DNA of 64,000 nucleotides from Phormidesmis sp. (GTDB taxonomy: Bacteria > Cyanobacteriota > Cyanobacteriia > Phormidesmidales > Phormidesmidaceae). The stretch spans positions 6,796 to 70,795 of the forward strand of contig JBAQZP010000023.1 in the NCBI GenBank assembly GCA_049791095.1. The letters run 5' to 3'. The translations under genes and the position numbers were made by a program. Below, one piece after another: positions 1 to 8,179 of this stretch. How positions within the stretch are numbered: the first letter of the stretch is position 1; every line of letters starts with the position of its first letter. Below the pieces are notes generated by a model. It had not been told where the DNA came from and did not search any database. It worked only from the letters and a program-made list of their open reading frames with translations.

Positions 1-475
1 TTTGACCTTCGATGGGGCCACCAATTGCCTTCCAAGCTTCCAGGCCCCCTTCAATGGCACTCACTTTTTTGAAGCCTGCTGCATAAAGCTGTGAGGCTGC
101 TTCTGCGGTTGCCGCGTCAGAGTCGCCATATACAAAAAGATCGCGTTCGGGCTCGAAGGAGGTTTTGGCGCTCTCAATTAAATCAGAGACGGGCATGGGC
201 ATTGCACCAGTGATGCGCTCCTCGTTAAAGGATTCGCGATCGCGCACATCCAAAATAGAAAGTGCAGGCTCGCCCCAATCCAGCCGCTTCTTTAAATCAG
301 AAGGTGAAGTAGAAGCTTCAAACTTAGTCGGTACGGGGGTGGCCTTCCCAACAACGTTCTTCACTTTCTCGACCGCATTAAGCGCGTCTCTTTCAGCAGA
401 CTCCGCCTTTTCCAACACGTTAGAAGCGTTCTCTTTACCGGCCTCGAAAGCCTCTCCAGGGTTATCAACTGTCAT
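1..475 (-). CDS. rhodanese-homology domain protein (3' end runs off the window)
   Basis: I translated the minus strand from ATG 475..473: MTVDNPGEAFEAGKEN...DLKKRLDWGEPALSILDVRDRESFNEERITGAMPMPVSDL...LFVYGDSDAATAEAASQLYAAGFKKVSAIEGGLEAWKAIGGPIEGQ. It stays open to position 2. It is absent from the ORF track because no stop lies in the window. Rhodanese-like pattern (ILDVR..E.F...I.GA ... GG..AW). Confidence 0.7.
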   Translation of the reverse strand, partial: MTVDNPGEAFEAGKENASNVLEKAESAERDALNAVEKVKNVVGKATPVPTKFEASTSPSDLKKRLDWGEPALSILDVRDRESFNEERITGAMPMPVSDLIESAKTSFEPERDLFVYGDSDAATAEAASQLYAAGFKKVSAIEGGLEAWKAIGGPIEGQ

Positions 476-521
476 AAATTTATCCGTCCGTAATATGTAC
501 TTTTCATGCAAGGGTGAACCT

Positions 522-749
522 TTACGCCTGCTGATTCTTTGCAGAATCAGCATCAAGCTCGAAGCGGTCTTGGTCGCGCGCTTCTAAATCTTCAGCGACC
601 GACAGGGTCTCTTCTGGCTGAATATCTAGGCCAGCTTCCGTCCCCATCTTGTCTACACCCATTTCAGACGGTTCTGTCCACTTGTTGCCGGCGTAAGCGC
701 TCTTGCTATCAAGTGCAGTCTGCTTGGGCTTGCTGTCTGTATTTTCCAT
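522..749 (-). CDS. small acidic hypothetical protein
   Basis: 75-aa ORF directly upstream of, and on the same strand as, the rhodanese-like gene. Hydrophilic and acidic composition. No recognisable family. Confidence 0.4.
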   Translation of the reverse strand: MENTDSKPKQTALDSKSAYAGNKWTEPSEMGVDKMGTEAGLDIQPEETLSVAEDLEARDQDRFELDADSAKNQQA

Positions 750-973
750 TGGGGTTCAATCCTTGAAATCTACTGTTACGTTAAGAAATAATGCAATCAT
801 GCGCCTCTACATCGCGATAGACTCTCTTATCTGCCGTAGAGTCAACGGGCATATTTTGAGACGTCACGAAAGCGCCCAAAAACTCAAACTTTCGTCATAC
901 GCACAGGGGGAGAGTAGATGTTTATACTGCTACTGCACTCTCTTGAAATAAATTTATTTTCTAAGGACTGCCT

Positions 974-1780
974 ATGCGCGGATTAAAGGGCAAGAAAGTA
1001 CTGGTTACCGGGGCAAGTAGCGGTATTGGACAGGCGATCGCGATCCGATTTGCCGCTGAAGGTGCCGATGTTGCGGTGAACTACTACAAAGGTGAAGAGG
1101 AAGCCGCCAAGACGATTCAACAGATGCGAGCGGCCAGTGCTGAAGCCGGTATCGTGCCTGGCGATCTAAAAGATATGACCGTGCAGGCTGATGTCTCTAA
1201 AGAAAAGGACGTTAGCACCATGTTCGAGAAAGTCCTGTCTACCTTCGGGGGGCTCGATATTCTCATCAACAATGCAGGAATGCAAATTCAAGGTGCCTCG
1301 CATGAAATTCCGCTCGATAAGTTCGACAAAATGATCGACATCAATCTACGAGGGGCTTTTTTATGTGCGCGGCAGGCAATTACCCATTTCTTGACAGTCG
1401 GCGGTGGCGTCATCGTCAATGACTCTAGCGTGCATGAACTGATTCCCCGTCCGCAGTACGTGGGCTACACCATGAGCAAATCTGGGATGCGCGGCATGAC
1501 TCGCACCCTGGCGCTGGAATATGCTCGCGACAACATTCGGATTAATTCCTTTGCGCCTGGCGCGACCCTTACGCCGATTAATCCCTGGAAAGACGATCCT
1601 GAAAAAAAGGCAGAAATTGAAAGTCACATTCCGATGGGCCGCTCGGGTACAGCAGAAGAAATGGCGGCGGTAGCGGCCTTTTTAGCCAGTGACGACGCGG
1701 CTTACATTACCGGTCAGACCCTGTTTATTGATGGTGGCTTGACGCTGTTCCCCTCTTTCCGTACGCCCTGGACAGGTTGA
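974..1780 (+). CDS. SDR family oxidoreductase (glucose 1-dehydrogenase-like)
   Basis: N-terminal TGASSGIGQAIA Rossmann motif, NNAG motif and a YTMSK catalytic Y-x3-K. 268 aa, typical of a classical SDR. Confidence 0.9.
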   Translation: MRGLKGKKVLVTGASSGIGQAIAIRFAAEGADVAVNYYKGEEEAAKTIQQMRAASAEAGIVPGDLKDMTVQADVSKEKDVSTMFEKVLSTFGGLDILINNAGMQIQGASHEIPLDKFDKMIDINLRGAFLCARQAITHFLTVGGGVIVNDSSVHELIPRPQYVGYTMSKSGMRGMTRTLALEYARDNIRINSFAPGATLTPINPWKDDPEKKAEIESHIPMGRSGTAEEMAAVAAFLASDDAAYITGQTLFIDGGLTLFPSFRTPWTG

Positions 1781-1784
1781 TACT

Positions 1785-2234
1785 ATGCTGAAATCTTGGA
1801 TGGTTGTGGGAATTGTCACCCTGGCGATCGCCCTCCTTGCCAACGTCATCAGGCCCAAAGACGTCAAATGGTTCAGACGGCTGCAGCGCCCGAACTGGCT
1901 GACCTTTGAAAAGCTCATTCCGGTGATTTGGACAACCGTGTTTATCTGCGGCGGCTGGTCGGCCTACATCGTGTGGGAACAAACTCAGTCTTGGGGATGG
2001 ATGGTTGCCTATATGCTGCTAGAGCTGGTGACCGTAGCTTTTACGCCTGTATTGTTTTGGACGCATAGCCTCAAGGCCGCCACGTTTATTGGTGGCTTAG
2101 GCTTTGTGATCTGCGCTCTGCTTGCCATCGGCGTTGCGGGCATCTCCATCTGGGCGGCGGTACTATTGATTCCCTATTTTTTGTGGAGTCCGATTGGCAC
2201 CGCTACCACCTGGCAAATGGACAAGTTGAACTGA
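1785..2234 (+). CDS. TspO/MBR-like tryptophan-rich membrane protein
   Basis: 149 aa with about 5 TM segments. WFRRLQRPNWLTFEKLIPVIWTTVFICGGWSAYIVWE resembles the TspO W(Y/F)..L.(K/R)P.W...P.VW...Y...G.A..VW signature. Starts 4 nt after the SDR stop. Confidence 0.6.
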   Translation: MLKSWMVVGIVTLAIALLANVIRPKDVKWFRRLQRPNWLTFEKLIPVIWTTVFICGGWSAYIVWEQTQSWGWMVAYMLLELVTVAFTPVLFWTHSLKAATFIGGLGFVICALLAIGVAGISIWAAVLLIPYFLWSPIGTATTWQMDKLN

Positions 2235-2243
2235 CAAGTTGAA

Positions 2244-2936
2244 CTAGAGCGCTGTTTGTGACTTAACTCTCTTTTTCATCCAGTCCAGTTCGGCGGCTGA
2301 CCAGCCGGGTTTTGGCGGCTGAATGTAGTCAATCGAAAAGCCATAGCCAGAGCGCTCATAAACCTGGTTTAGCAAAGCTTGGAAATTGACGTTGGGCTCA
2401 TCATCTTCCGGGCGCAGTGGGATAGGCACCTGGGGCAGTGGCTGAGATAAATTAAAGGGATATAGAAGCGCTTGAGGCCGTTGCTGAAACGAACTGACTA
2501 AAATTCGATAGTGGCTGTCGATATTCCCCCGCGAGGTTGGCATCGGGGCTCCTTTATGCAAAAAATCTATTTCAACTAAGTTAGCCTGACTCTCTAAAAT
2601 GCGCGATCGCTTTTCCTGATAGCGCGATCGCCCCTCACCTCGCTTGTTCGCTGGCGAAAGTACCTCAATCACTGTTACGACTTCCTGACTAGCGGTATTA
2701 CGAATTTCAATAAAGCGCTGCCGAAACGTTTTGAGAGCAGGCAATTCCACCACGCCTACCATCACAGATGTCTGACCGCTGCTCTGGTAAACAGATTCTT
2801 CGATCACCGGCTGGTATTTTGGTAGTAGCCGCGAGCTTAAATCGTCTGCGATCGCTACAATCAACCGCCCGTAAACGTTAGGCCATAGCGCCGGATTCTC
2901 TAAATAAGGATCCATTCCAGGAAAAGGAGAGGGCAT
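2244..2936 (-). CDS. DUF4058 family protein
   Basis: N-terminus MPSPFPGMDPYLENPALWPNV is the characteristic start of the cyanobacterial DUF4058 family. 230 aa. Confidence 0.75.
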   Translation of the reverse strand: MPSPFPGMDPYLENPALWPNVYGRLIVAIADDLSSRLLPKYQPVIEESVYQSSGQTSVMVGVVELPALKTFRQRFIEIRNTASQEVVTVIEVLSPANKRGEGRSRYQEKRSRILESQANLVEIDFLHKGAPMPTSRGNIDSHYRILVSSFQQRPQALLYPFNLSQPLPQVPIPLRPEDDEPNVNFQALLNQVYERSGYGFSIDYIQPPKPGWSAAELDWMKKRVKSQTAL

Positions 2937-3017
2937 CTCTAACGGTCTCCACGAGCGTTATTCAAAAGCCTAACATCCGCACCTAGCTATCTGCTTGGCC
3001 CCGCTTGCCTGCATTGC

Positions 3018-4616
3018 TCAGGCGAGCTGCGACGCCGAATCTTGATGAGCATTCAGCACAATTGGCTTCATTTCATAGTTACTCCATTCACTTTGATAGC
3101 GCTCTGCCACCAAAGGCCGCAGCACTAACTGAGGCGTTTCTTTATCCGCTTTGGCATAGGTCACATCTACCCGCAGCGCCGAATAGGGCCGACGCTTTTC
3201 GCGCCCGTGCCCCGAACGCCCAATAAATAAATGACATTTTGCCACTGGCTGCCCGTACTCTTCTAGCTCGGGGCCTTCCTTTCGCTGTCGGCGCAGGCTA
3301 AAGCCACTGCCGCCGCATACCACCCAGGGAATGTTGCGATCGCCATGTCCGGTTTCTGCCGTACGCAAATATTCAAAACAATGCGCATGGCCGCTCAGCA
3401 CCAAATCTATTAAAGCCCGCGACCCAGCTAAATCACCTACCTCAGCTTCTACCGCATCCAGCGTCTGGCGCAAATGCGTCCTCACTGCCAGCGTTTGCCC
3501 TTGAAACCATTTAGTCGTCTCGGTCACATAAGGAGGATGGTGAAAATAGAGCACGCGGCCTTTTGCCTCAGGATCTTGCCAGGACGCGATTAAGCGATCT
3601 CGCAGCCAGGTCAACTGCTCTTGATCTAGGGCGTCACTGGCCTGAGACGCGGTTAGCTGCTTTTCAATGTCCCATAGCTGCTCTTCAATTTGTTCTACCT
3701 TGCCGTAAATACTCGTGGCCCGCTCTGCTTCTTCGGGAATGTCCATATTGAGCGTGTCTGACTCTTGGGTGAGCGATCGCATCCGCGCTTCTAACTGCTC
3801 GCGGTAAGCCACTATTCTGTCTCTTTGAGCCTTGCCTGCGGGCGTTTTTGGCAGAGGCTGAGGGGCGTTAAAAGTATTGCTATCCAGGGCAAAAAAATCA
3901 ATCCCGCCCCGGCGAAAGGTGTAGTAGCGATTGGGCAGGCGGGTAAACTTACCCGGCTCATATCGCAAGCATAGCCCTGTATCCGTTTTGCAATCGTAAT
4001 GCTGCTGCACATGGGCAGCCAATTGCTGTTCGTCGTTAACTGGCTGTAAGTAGTCCAAAAAAGCCTTGGCAAACCCCTCCCCCTGAAAAGACCCATGCCA
4101 GCCCACATCCAAATTAATCCGCTTGCGCAACAGGCGACGCAGCGGCGAAAACACCTTACCCAAAATGCCTGCTGTCAGCGAGAGATCGTAATAGTCGTGG
4201 TTGCCCAGCACTGGCAAAAAAGGCTGAGTAAACGTCATTTGATCAAACCGAATTTTGTCGGGTTTCTCTCCGCCTCGCAAAAACTCGCGATAGGGCTTAA
4301 TAAAATTATCAGGGTACTGCTCGCTCGATCCTGACAGATACACCACATCCCCCGTGTGCAAAATAAAATCGCACGTCGATGAATGTTCTATCAAACGCTT
4401 AGCCACCCGCCGCTGAGGGGGATCGTGCAAATGACGGCTCGTGCCGCTGTCGCCCAGCACCAAAAATGAGAAACTACCTGGAGATTCATCTTGACCGGCT
4501 AGCTTGAGCCGGGTTTGATCGACCCCCGCTTGGGCCATAACCGGATGCTGCCAGCGCACCCGCTGCTTCATCCGAGCAATCTTGGTTGCGATCGCCGGAT
4601 CGGTTACGAATCTCAT
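3018..4616 (-). CDS. metallophosphoesterase (calcineurin-like) with coiled-coil insertion
   Basis: Motifs LVLGDSGT, HTGDVVY, GNHDYYD and GHAHCFEY are in the canonical metallophosphatase order. A roughly 70-aa helical, acidic insertion (AYREQLEARMRS...LTWLRDRL) lies between them. Confidence 0.85.
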   Translation of the reverse strand: MRFVTDPAIATKIARMKQRVRWQHPVMAQAGVDQTRLKLAGQDESPGSFSFLVLGDSGTSRHLHDPPQRRVAKRLIEHSSTCDFILHTGDVVYLSGSSEQYPDNFIKPYREFLRGGEKPDKIRFDQMTFTQPFLPVLGNHDYYDLSLTAGILGKVFSPLRRLLRKRINLDVGWHGSFQGEGFAKAFLDYLQPVNDEQQLAAHVQQHYDCKTDTGLCLRYEPGKFTRLPNRYYTFRRGGIDFFALDSNTFNAPQPLPKTPAGKAQRDRIVAYREQLEARMRSLTQESDTLNMDIPEEAERATSIYGKVEQIEEQLWDIEKQLTASQASDALDQEQLTWLRDRLIASWQDPEAKGRVLYFHHPPYVTETTKWFQGQTLAVRTHLRQTLDAVEAEVGDLAGSRALIDLVLSGHAHCFEYLRTAETGHGDRNIPWVVCGGSGFSLRRQRKEGPELEEYGQPVAKCHLFIGRSGHGREKRRPYSALRVDVTYAKADKETPQLVLRPLVAERYQSEWSNYEMKPIVLNAHQDSASQLA

Positions 4617-4967
4617 AAATATCTCCAGCCCAATACATCAATCGCGCCACCGCCTCAAGCAATTATCACTCATCGTAAGCCAGCGCTATCCTATCGCAGG
4701 GTAGCAGCAAACGCAGCCTAATTCATCCGCAAATGACATAGCACTTATTCTCCACCAAAAGAGACAGTCTTCGCATCGTTTCGGCCAATTATAAATCACC
4801 CTTTTGTCCAGCCTCAGCAACCCTAGCCTGCGCCCCTCGATAGATTCTCTTCGACTGCCGGCTCTCTACTATTGTGAGAGTTAGCGTTTTGCTCAGGTCA
4901 TACGATGTCTGAGGATAGCGCAGCCAACTGTTACTTCATGACATTGTGCATGAAAGGAGATTTTATA

Positions 4968-5150
4968 ATGGCTAACGAAGAAAAAGATACCAATTTGGAG
5001 ACCAGCGGTAAGCAAACGACTATCGAAGAGAAAACTCGCAAGACGGGTCAAGGCTCCGGTACAGATACTCGTGACGGCGCTGAGCCCGAAGCCCCCGGTA
5101 ATGACGGAACCAAGGCCGGTTCTCCTAACCAGGGCACAGAAGCTCGCTAA
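4968..5150 (+). CDS. small hydrophilic, probably disordered protein
   Basis: The internal ATG at 4968 is preceded by AAAGGAGA (4952-4959). 60 aa rich in G/T/E/K/D (MANEEKDTNLETSGKQTTIEEK...). Same strand as the following SDR. Confidence 0.5.
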   Translation: MANEEKDTNLETSGKQTTIEEKTRKTGQGSGTDTRDGAEPEAPGNDGTKAGSPNQGTEAR

Positions 5151-5280
5151 GCATACAGCCTAGCTAAGCGTCTGGTCTAACACCTTGTGGGGTATGACTA
5201 AAAGTTGTGCCCCACAAGACCAACGACCTCAGCAAATATCTCAGCAAATACCTATACTCGCTGCAATTACCAGAACTGTT

Positions 5281-6156
5281 ATGTCTGCTACCCAACAAGA
5301 ACGCCGACCCGGCCCCGAAGATATTCCCGGACAGAAGCTTCCCTATCCCGCCAGCCAGGAAGACATGACGCCTGCTCCCGATAGCGACCTGTCTAACTAC
5401 AAGGCCGCTGGTAAGCTTACTGGCAAGGTTGCCATTATTACGGGCGGAGATTCTGGCATTGGGCGGGCGGTGGCGATCGCATACGCCATGGAAGGAGCCA
5501 ACGTTGCCATTTTATACAACGTCAACGACGAGGATGCCGAGAAAACAAAGTCCATGGTTGAAGAAAAAGGCGGTCAGTGCCTGCCTATCAAAATGGACGT
5601 TCGCAAGCCAGAAGAATGCGAAAGCGCCGTGCAGCAAACCGTCAAGAAGTTCGGCGAGCTTAATATATTAGTGAACAACGCCGCCTTTCAGATGGTTCAA
5701 AAAGACCTGGCCGACCTCACTATTAAGCAGTTCCATGAGACCTTTGAAACCAACGTATTTGGATATTTTCACATGTTCAAAGCGGCCTTTCCTCACCTCA
5801 AGGCAGGCGATGTGATTATCAACACAGGCTCTATCGTCGGCAAAATGGGCAAAGGGATGCTGGTAGACTACGCCTCTAGTAAAGGTGCTGTGCATACCCT
5901 CACCAAGTCGCTAGCGCAGAACTTAGCCGACAAGAAAATCCGCGTGAATTCTGTTGTACCTGGCCCGGTATGGACGCCCAACATTCCTGCCACCATGCCC
6001 AAAAAGAAGGTAGACGAGTACGACACAGACAACGCCTTTGGCCGCGCTGGGCAGCCCGAAGAGTTAGCACCAGCCTATGTATTTTTGGCGGCAGAAGACA
6101 GTAGCTTTATGACCGGAGCCCTGGTAGATGTCACGGGTGGACAGCTTTCTAGCTAG
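5281..6156 (+). CDS. SDR family oxidoreductase, YghA/YdaD (general stress protein 39)-like
   Basis: KVAIITGGDSGIGRAVAIAYAMEGANVAI, NNAA and YASSK motifs. The N-terminal PGQKLPYPASQEDMTPAPDS lead-in is typical of the YghA/YdaD subgroup. Start moved to ATG 5281 (MSATQQ); the upstream part of the tracked ORF looks non-coding. Confidence 0.85.
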   Translation: MSATQQERRPGPEDIPGQKLPYPASQEDMTPAPDSDLSNYKAAGKLTGKVAIITGGDSGIGRAVAIAYAMEGANVAILYNVNDEDAEKTKSMVEEKGGQCLPIKMDVRKPEECESAVQQTVKKFGELNILVNNAAFQMVQKDLADLTIKQFHETFETNVFGYFHMFKAAFPHLKAGDVIINTGSIVGKMGKGMLVDYASSKGAVHTLTKSLAQNLADKKIRVNSVVPGPVWTPNIPATMPKKKVDEYDTDNAFGRAGQPEELAPAYVFLAAEDSSFMTGALVDVTGGQLSS

Positions 6157-6165
6157 GGGCTAAAC

Positions 6166-6209
6166 CGATTGAAATAGAGTCGATTGAAATAGAGTCGGTT
6201 GAAATAGGT
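6166..6209. repeat. 15-bp tandem direct repeat x3 (CGATTGAAATAGAGT)
   Basis: Units at 6166-6180, 6181-6195 and 6196-6209 (the last is degenerate). Lies between convergent gene ends. Confidence 0.9.
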
Positions 6210-6212
6210 AGG

Positions 6213-6413
6213 TTAGGAAGCGTCGTCTTTTTTATTGATTTCGGGCACGATGTCCGGGCGCTCTTTGCCTTCCCAGCCAGCAGGGCGCTTAGAGTTGTAC
6301 CAGGCAATCGAGCCGATGCCTACCGCCGCTGCAAAGCCAACCACCCCTATAACCGTTAAAAACAGAGAGTAAGGAACTGGCCCTGCTGCCGCTTCCTGAA
6401 TGAGTAAGTACAT
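6213..6413 (-). CDS. small single-pass membrane protein, possibly Psb35-like
   Basis: 66 aa with one TM helix (FLTVIGVVGFAAAVGIGSIAW) followed by YNSKRPAGWEGKERPD. I recall this WYNSKRP.GWE motif from cyanobacterial proteins annotated as PSII assembly factor Psb35. That is from memory only, so the name is tentative. Confidence 0.55.
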   Translation of the reverse strand: MYLLIQEAAAGPVPYSLFLTVIGVVGFAAAVGIGSIAWYNSKRPAGWEGKERPDIVPEINKKDDAS

Positions 6414-6503
6414 GGCTCAGTCTCCTCAGACCACAAAAACAATATCTTCTACCATACCAGCTAGCGTTTCACCCAGGGTCAAACCAAAGCAGGGGAAAGC
6501 GCC

Positions 6504-7544
6504 ATGAAAGCGAGTCCTGAAAAAGCCGCTAAGCAAGCCGGACTTCGCTACGTCCATGATGAAATGCCTGGCATTCGACGCCAGCGCTGGGGGCAGGGCT
6601 TTAGCTATGTGTTGCCCAATGGCGATCGCCTTCAACCTTCTCCTGAACGCGATCGCATAGAAGCCCTAGCGATCCCCCCCAACTGGGAAGACGTCTGGAT
6701 CTGCCGCGATCCCAACGGTCACTTGCAAGCGACGGGCCGCGATGCCAAGGGCCGCAAACAATATCGCTACCATCCTGACTGGCGAAAGTTTCGCAATCTA
6801 CAGAAGTTCGATCGGATGGTGCCTTTCGGCCTGGCCTTACCCGAGCTGCGCCAGCAAACCCAGGCTGATTTGGCGCTACCCAAACTCTCTCGCAGAAAAG
6901 TCACCGCCGCCATTGTGCAGCTTTTAGATCGCACGCTGATTCGAGTCGGTAACGCTCAGTATGCCAAGCAAAACAAGTCGTATGGACTGACGACGCTGCG
7001 CGATCGCCATGTCGATATCAAAAAAGGACACATTGACTTTCGCTTTAAGGGCAAAAGCGGCGTAGAGCACTGCATTGGCATTGACGATCCTCAGCTTGCC
7101 AAGGTCGTTAAGCGCTGTCAGGATATTCCGGGCTATGAGCTGTTTCAGTACTATGACGAAGCGGGCGATCGCGAAACCGTAGAATCGGGCGACGTCAATG
7201 ACTACCTTAAAAGCGTCACTGGCGAGGACTTTACCGCCAAAGACTTTCGCACCTGGGCCGGAACCACCGTCGCCACTGATACGCTCGATCAGCTCGGGGA
7301 GTGGGAAAAGGAAACCGAGGCCAAGCGTAACGTTGTGACCGCCATCAAAGCCGCCGCCACTCAGCTCGGCAACCGACCCGCCACCTGCCGCAAATTTTAT
7401 GTCCATCCCATCGTGCCCGAAAACTACATCGCTGGGCAGCTCATCAAGCAGCTAAAGGAAGCTCAAAAAGCCGCTCAGTCGAACCCCACAGAGCAGCTAG
7501 AACTGTCTGAAAGCGCCGTGCTGACGCTGTTGAAATCGATCTGA
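6504..7544 (+). CDS. DNA topoisomerase IB (poxvirus-like bacterial type)
   Basis: N-terminus AGLRYVHDEMPGIRRQR.G.GF.Y, a central KGKSGVEH, and a C-terminal TCRKFYVHP carrying the catalytic Tyr context. 346 aa, as in bacterial TopIB. Confidence 0.85.
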   Translation: MKASPEKAAKQAGLRYVHDEMPGIRRQRWGQGFSYVLPNGDRLQPSPERDRIEALAIPPNWEDVWICRDPNGHLQATGRDAKGRKQYRYHPDWRKFRNLQKFDRMVPFGLALPELRQQTQADLALPKLSRRKVTAAIVQLLDRTLIRVGNAQYAKQNKSYGLTTLRDRHVDIKKGHIDFRFKGKSGVEHCIGIDDPQLAKVVKRCQDIPGYELFQYYDEAGDRETVESGDVNDYLKSVTGEDFTAKDFRTWAGTTVATDTLDQLGEWEKETEAKRNVVTAIKAAATQLGNRPATCRKFYVHPIVPENYIAGQLIKQLKEAQKAAQSNPTEQLELSESAVLTLLKSI

Positions 7545-7608
7545 TGGCTGGGCATCGTATAGCCAAAACGCGAAGACCTTTGGGTCGTGAAAATATAGGC
7601 GCAAACGG

Positions 7609-7998
7609 CTAACCCAAAGTGCGCCAAACAATGACGCCTAAGCCAATAATAGAACCGAAATAAGCTAAAGATCTTAGCGTAGCAATCCCTGCAATGTAGG
7701 CAACACTGTGCAAAATCCGACAAGCCAGAATCGCGATCGCACTCCACCCGGTCACGCTATCCGTCTGCCCAGCTAGCTGGGCCACCAAAATCACCGCCGC
7801 AATCATCGCCAAATTATCGTGGTGATTTCGCTGTGCCCGATCGGCCCGGCCTACCCAAGCAGGGCCATCCACAGACTTTTCACGATTGCTGGCGGCCCAT
7901 GCCATGCCCGCCTTAGAAACGCGGCCTACCGCTGGAATATGGTTGAGTGGAATTGACCAAAGCGCCAACATTAAAAGGCAAAACAAATCAGTCGTCAT
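7609..7998 (-). CDS. MAPEG family membrane protein
   Basis: 129 aa with 3-4 TM segments. RADRAQRNHHDNL matches the MAPEG R..RA..N..E/D.. motif. Confidence 0.75.
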   Translation of the reverse strand: MTTDLFCLLMLALWSIPLNHIPAVGRVSKAGMAWAASNREKSVDGPAWVGRADRAQRNHHDNLAMIAAVILVAQLAGQTDSVTGWSAIAILACRILHSVAYIAGIATLRSLAYFGSIIGLGVIVWRTLG

Positions 7999-8179
7999 AA
8001 GAGCGCGGCTATTTCACTACGCCTTGATCTTAAGGGGAAAACAAAACATGCGGCAAGCAGCACTGCTCATAGATAAAGCAATGGGTCAAAGCTATAGCAG
8101 CCTTTATTGGGCTGGGAACTATAAAAAGGAATCTATTTAATGGTGCGATCGCGGCTAGTACAGGGGTGTTTTATAGTTC

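Noticed and set aside
740-770. GGGGTTCAATCC resembles a tRNA T-loop.
   Set aside because: The flanking bases cannot form a T-stem (TGGGG vs CTTGA), and no acceptor or anticodon arms can be drawn. No tRNA was found anywhere in the window.
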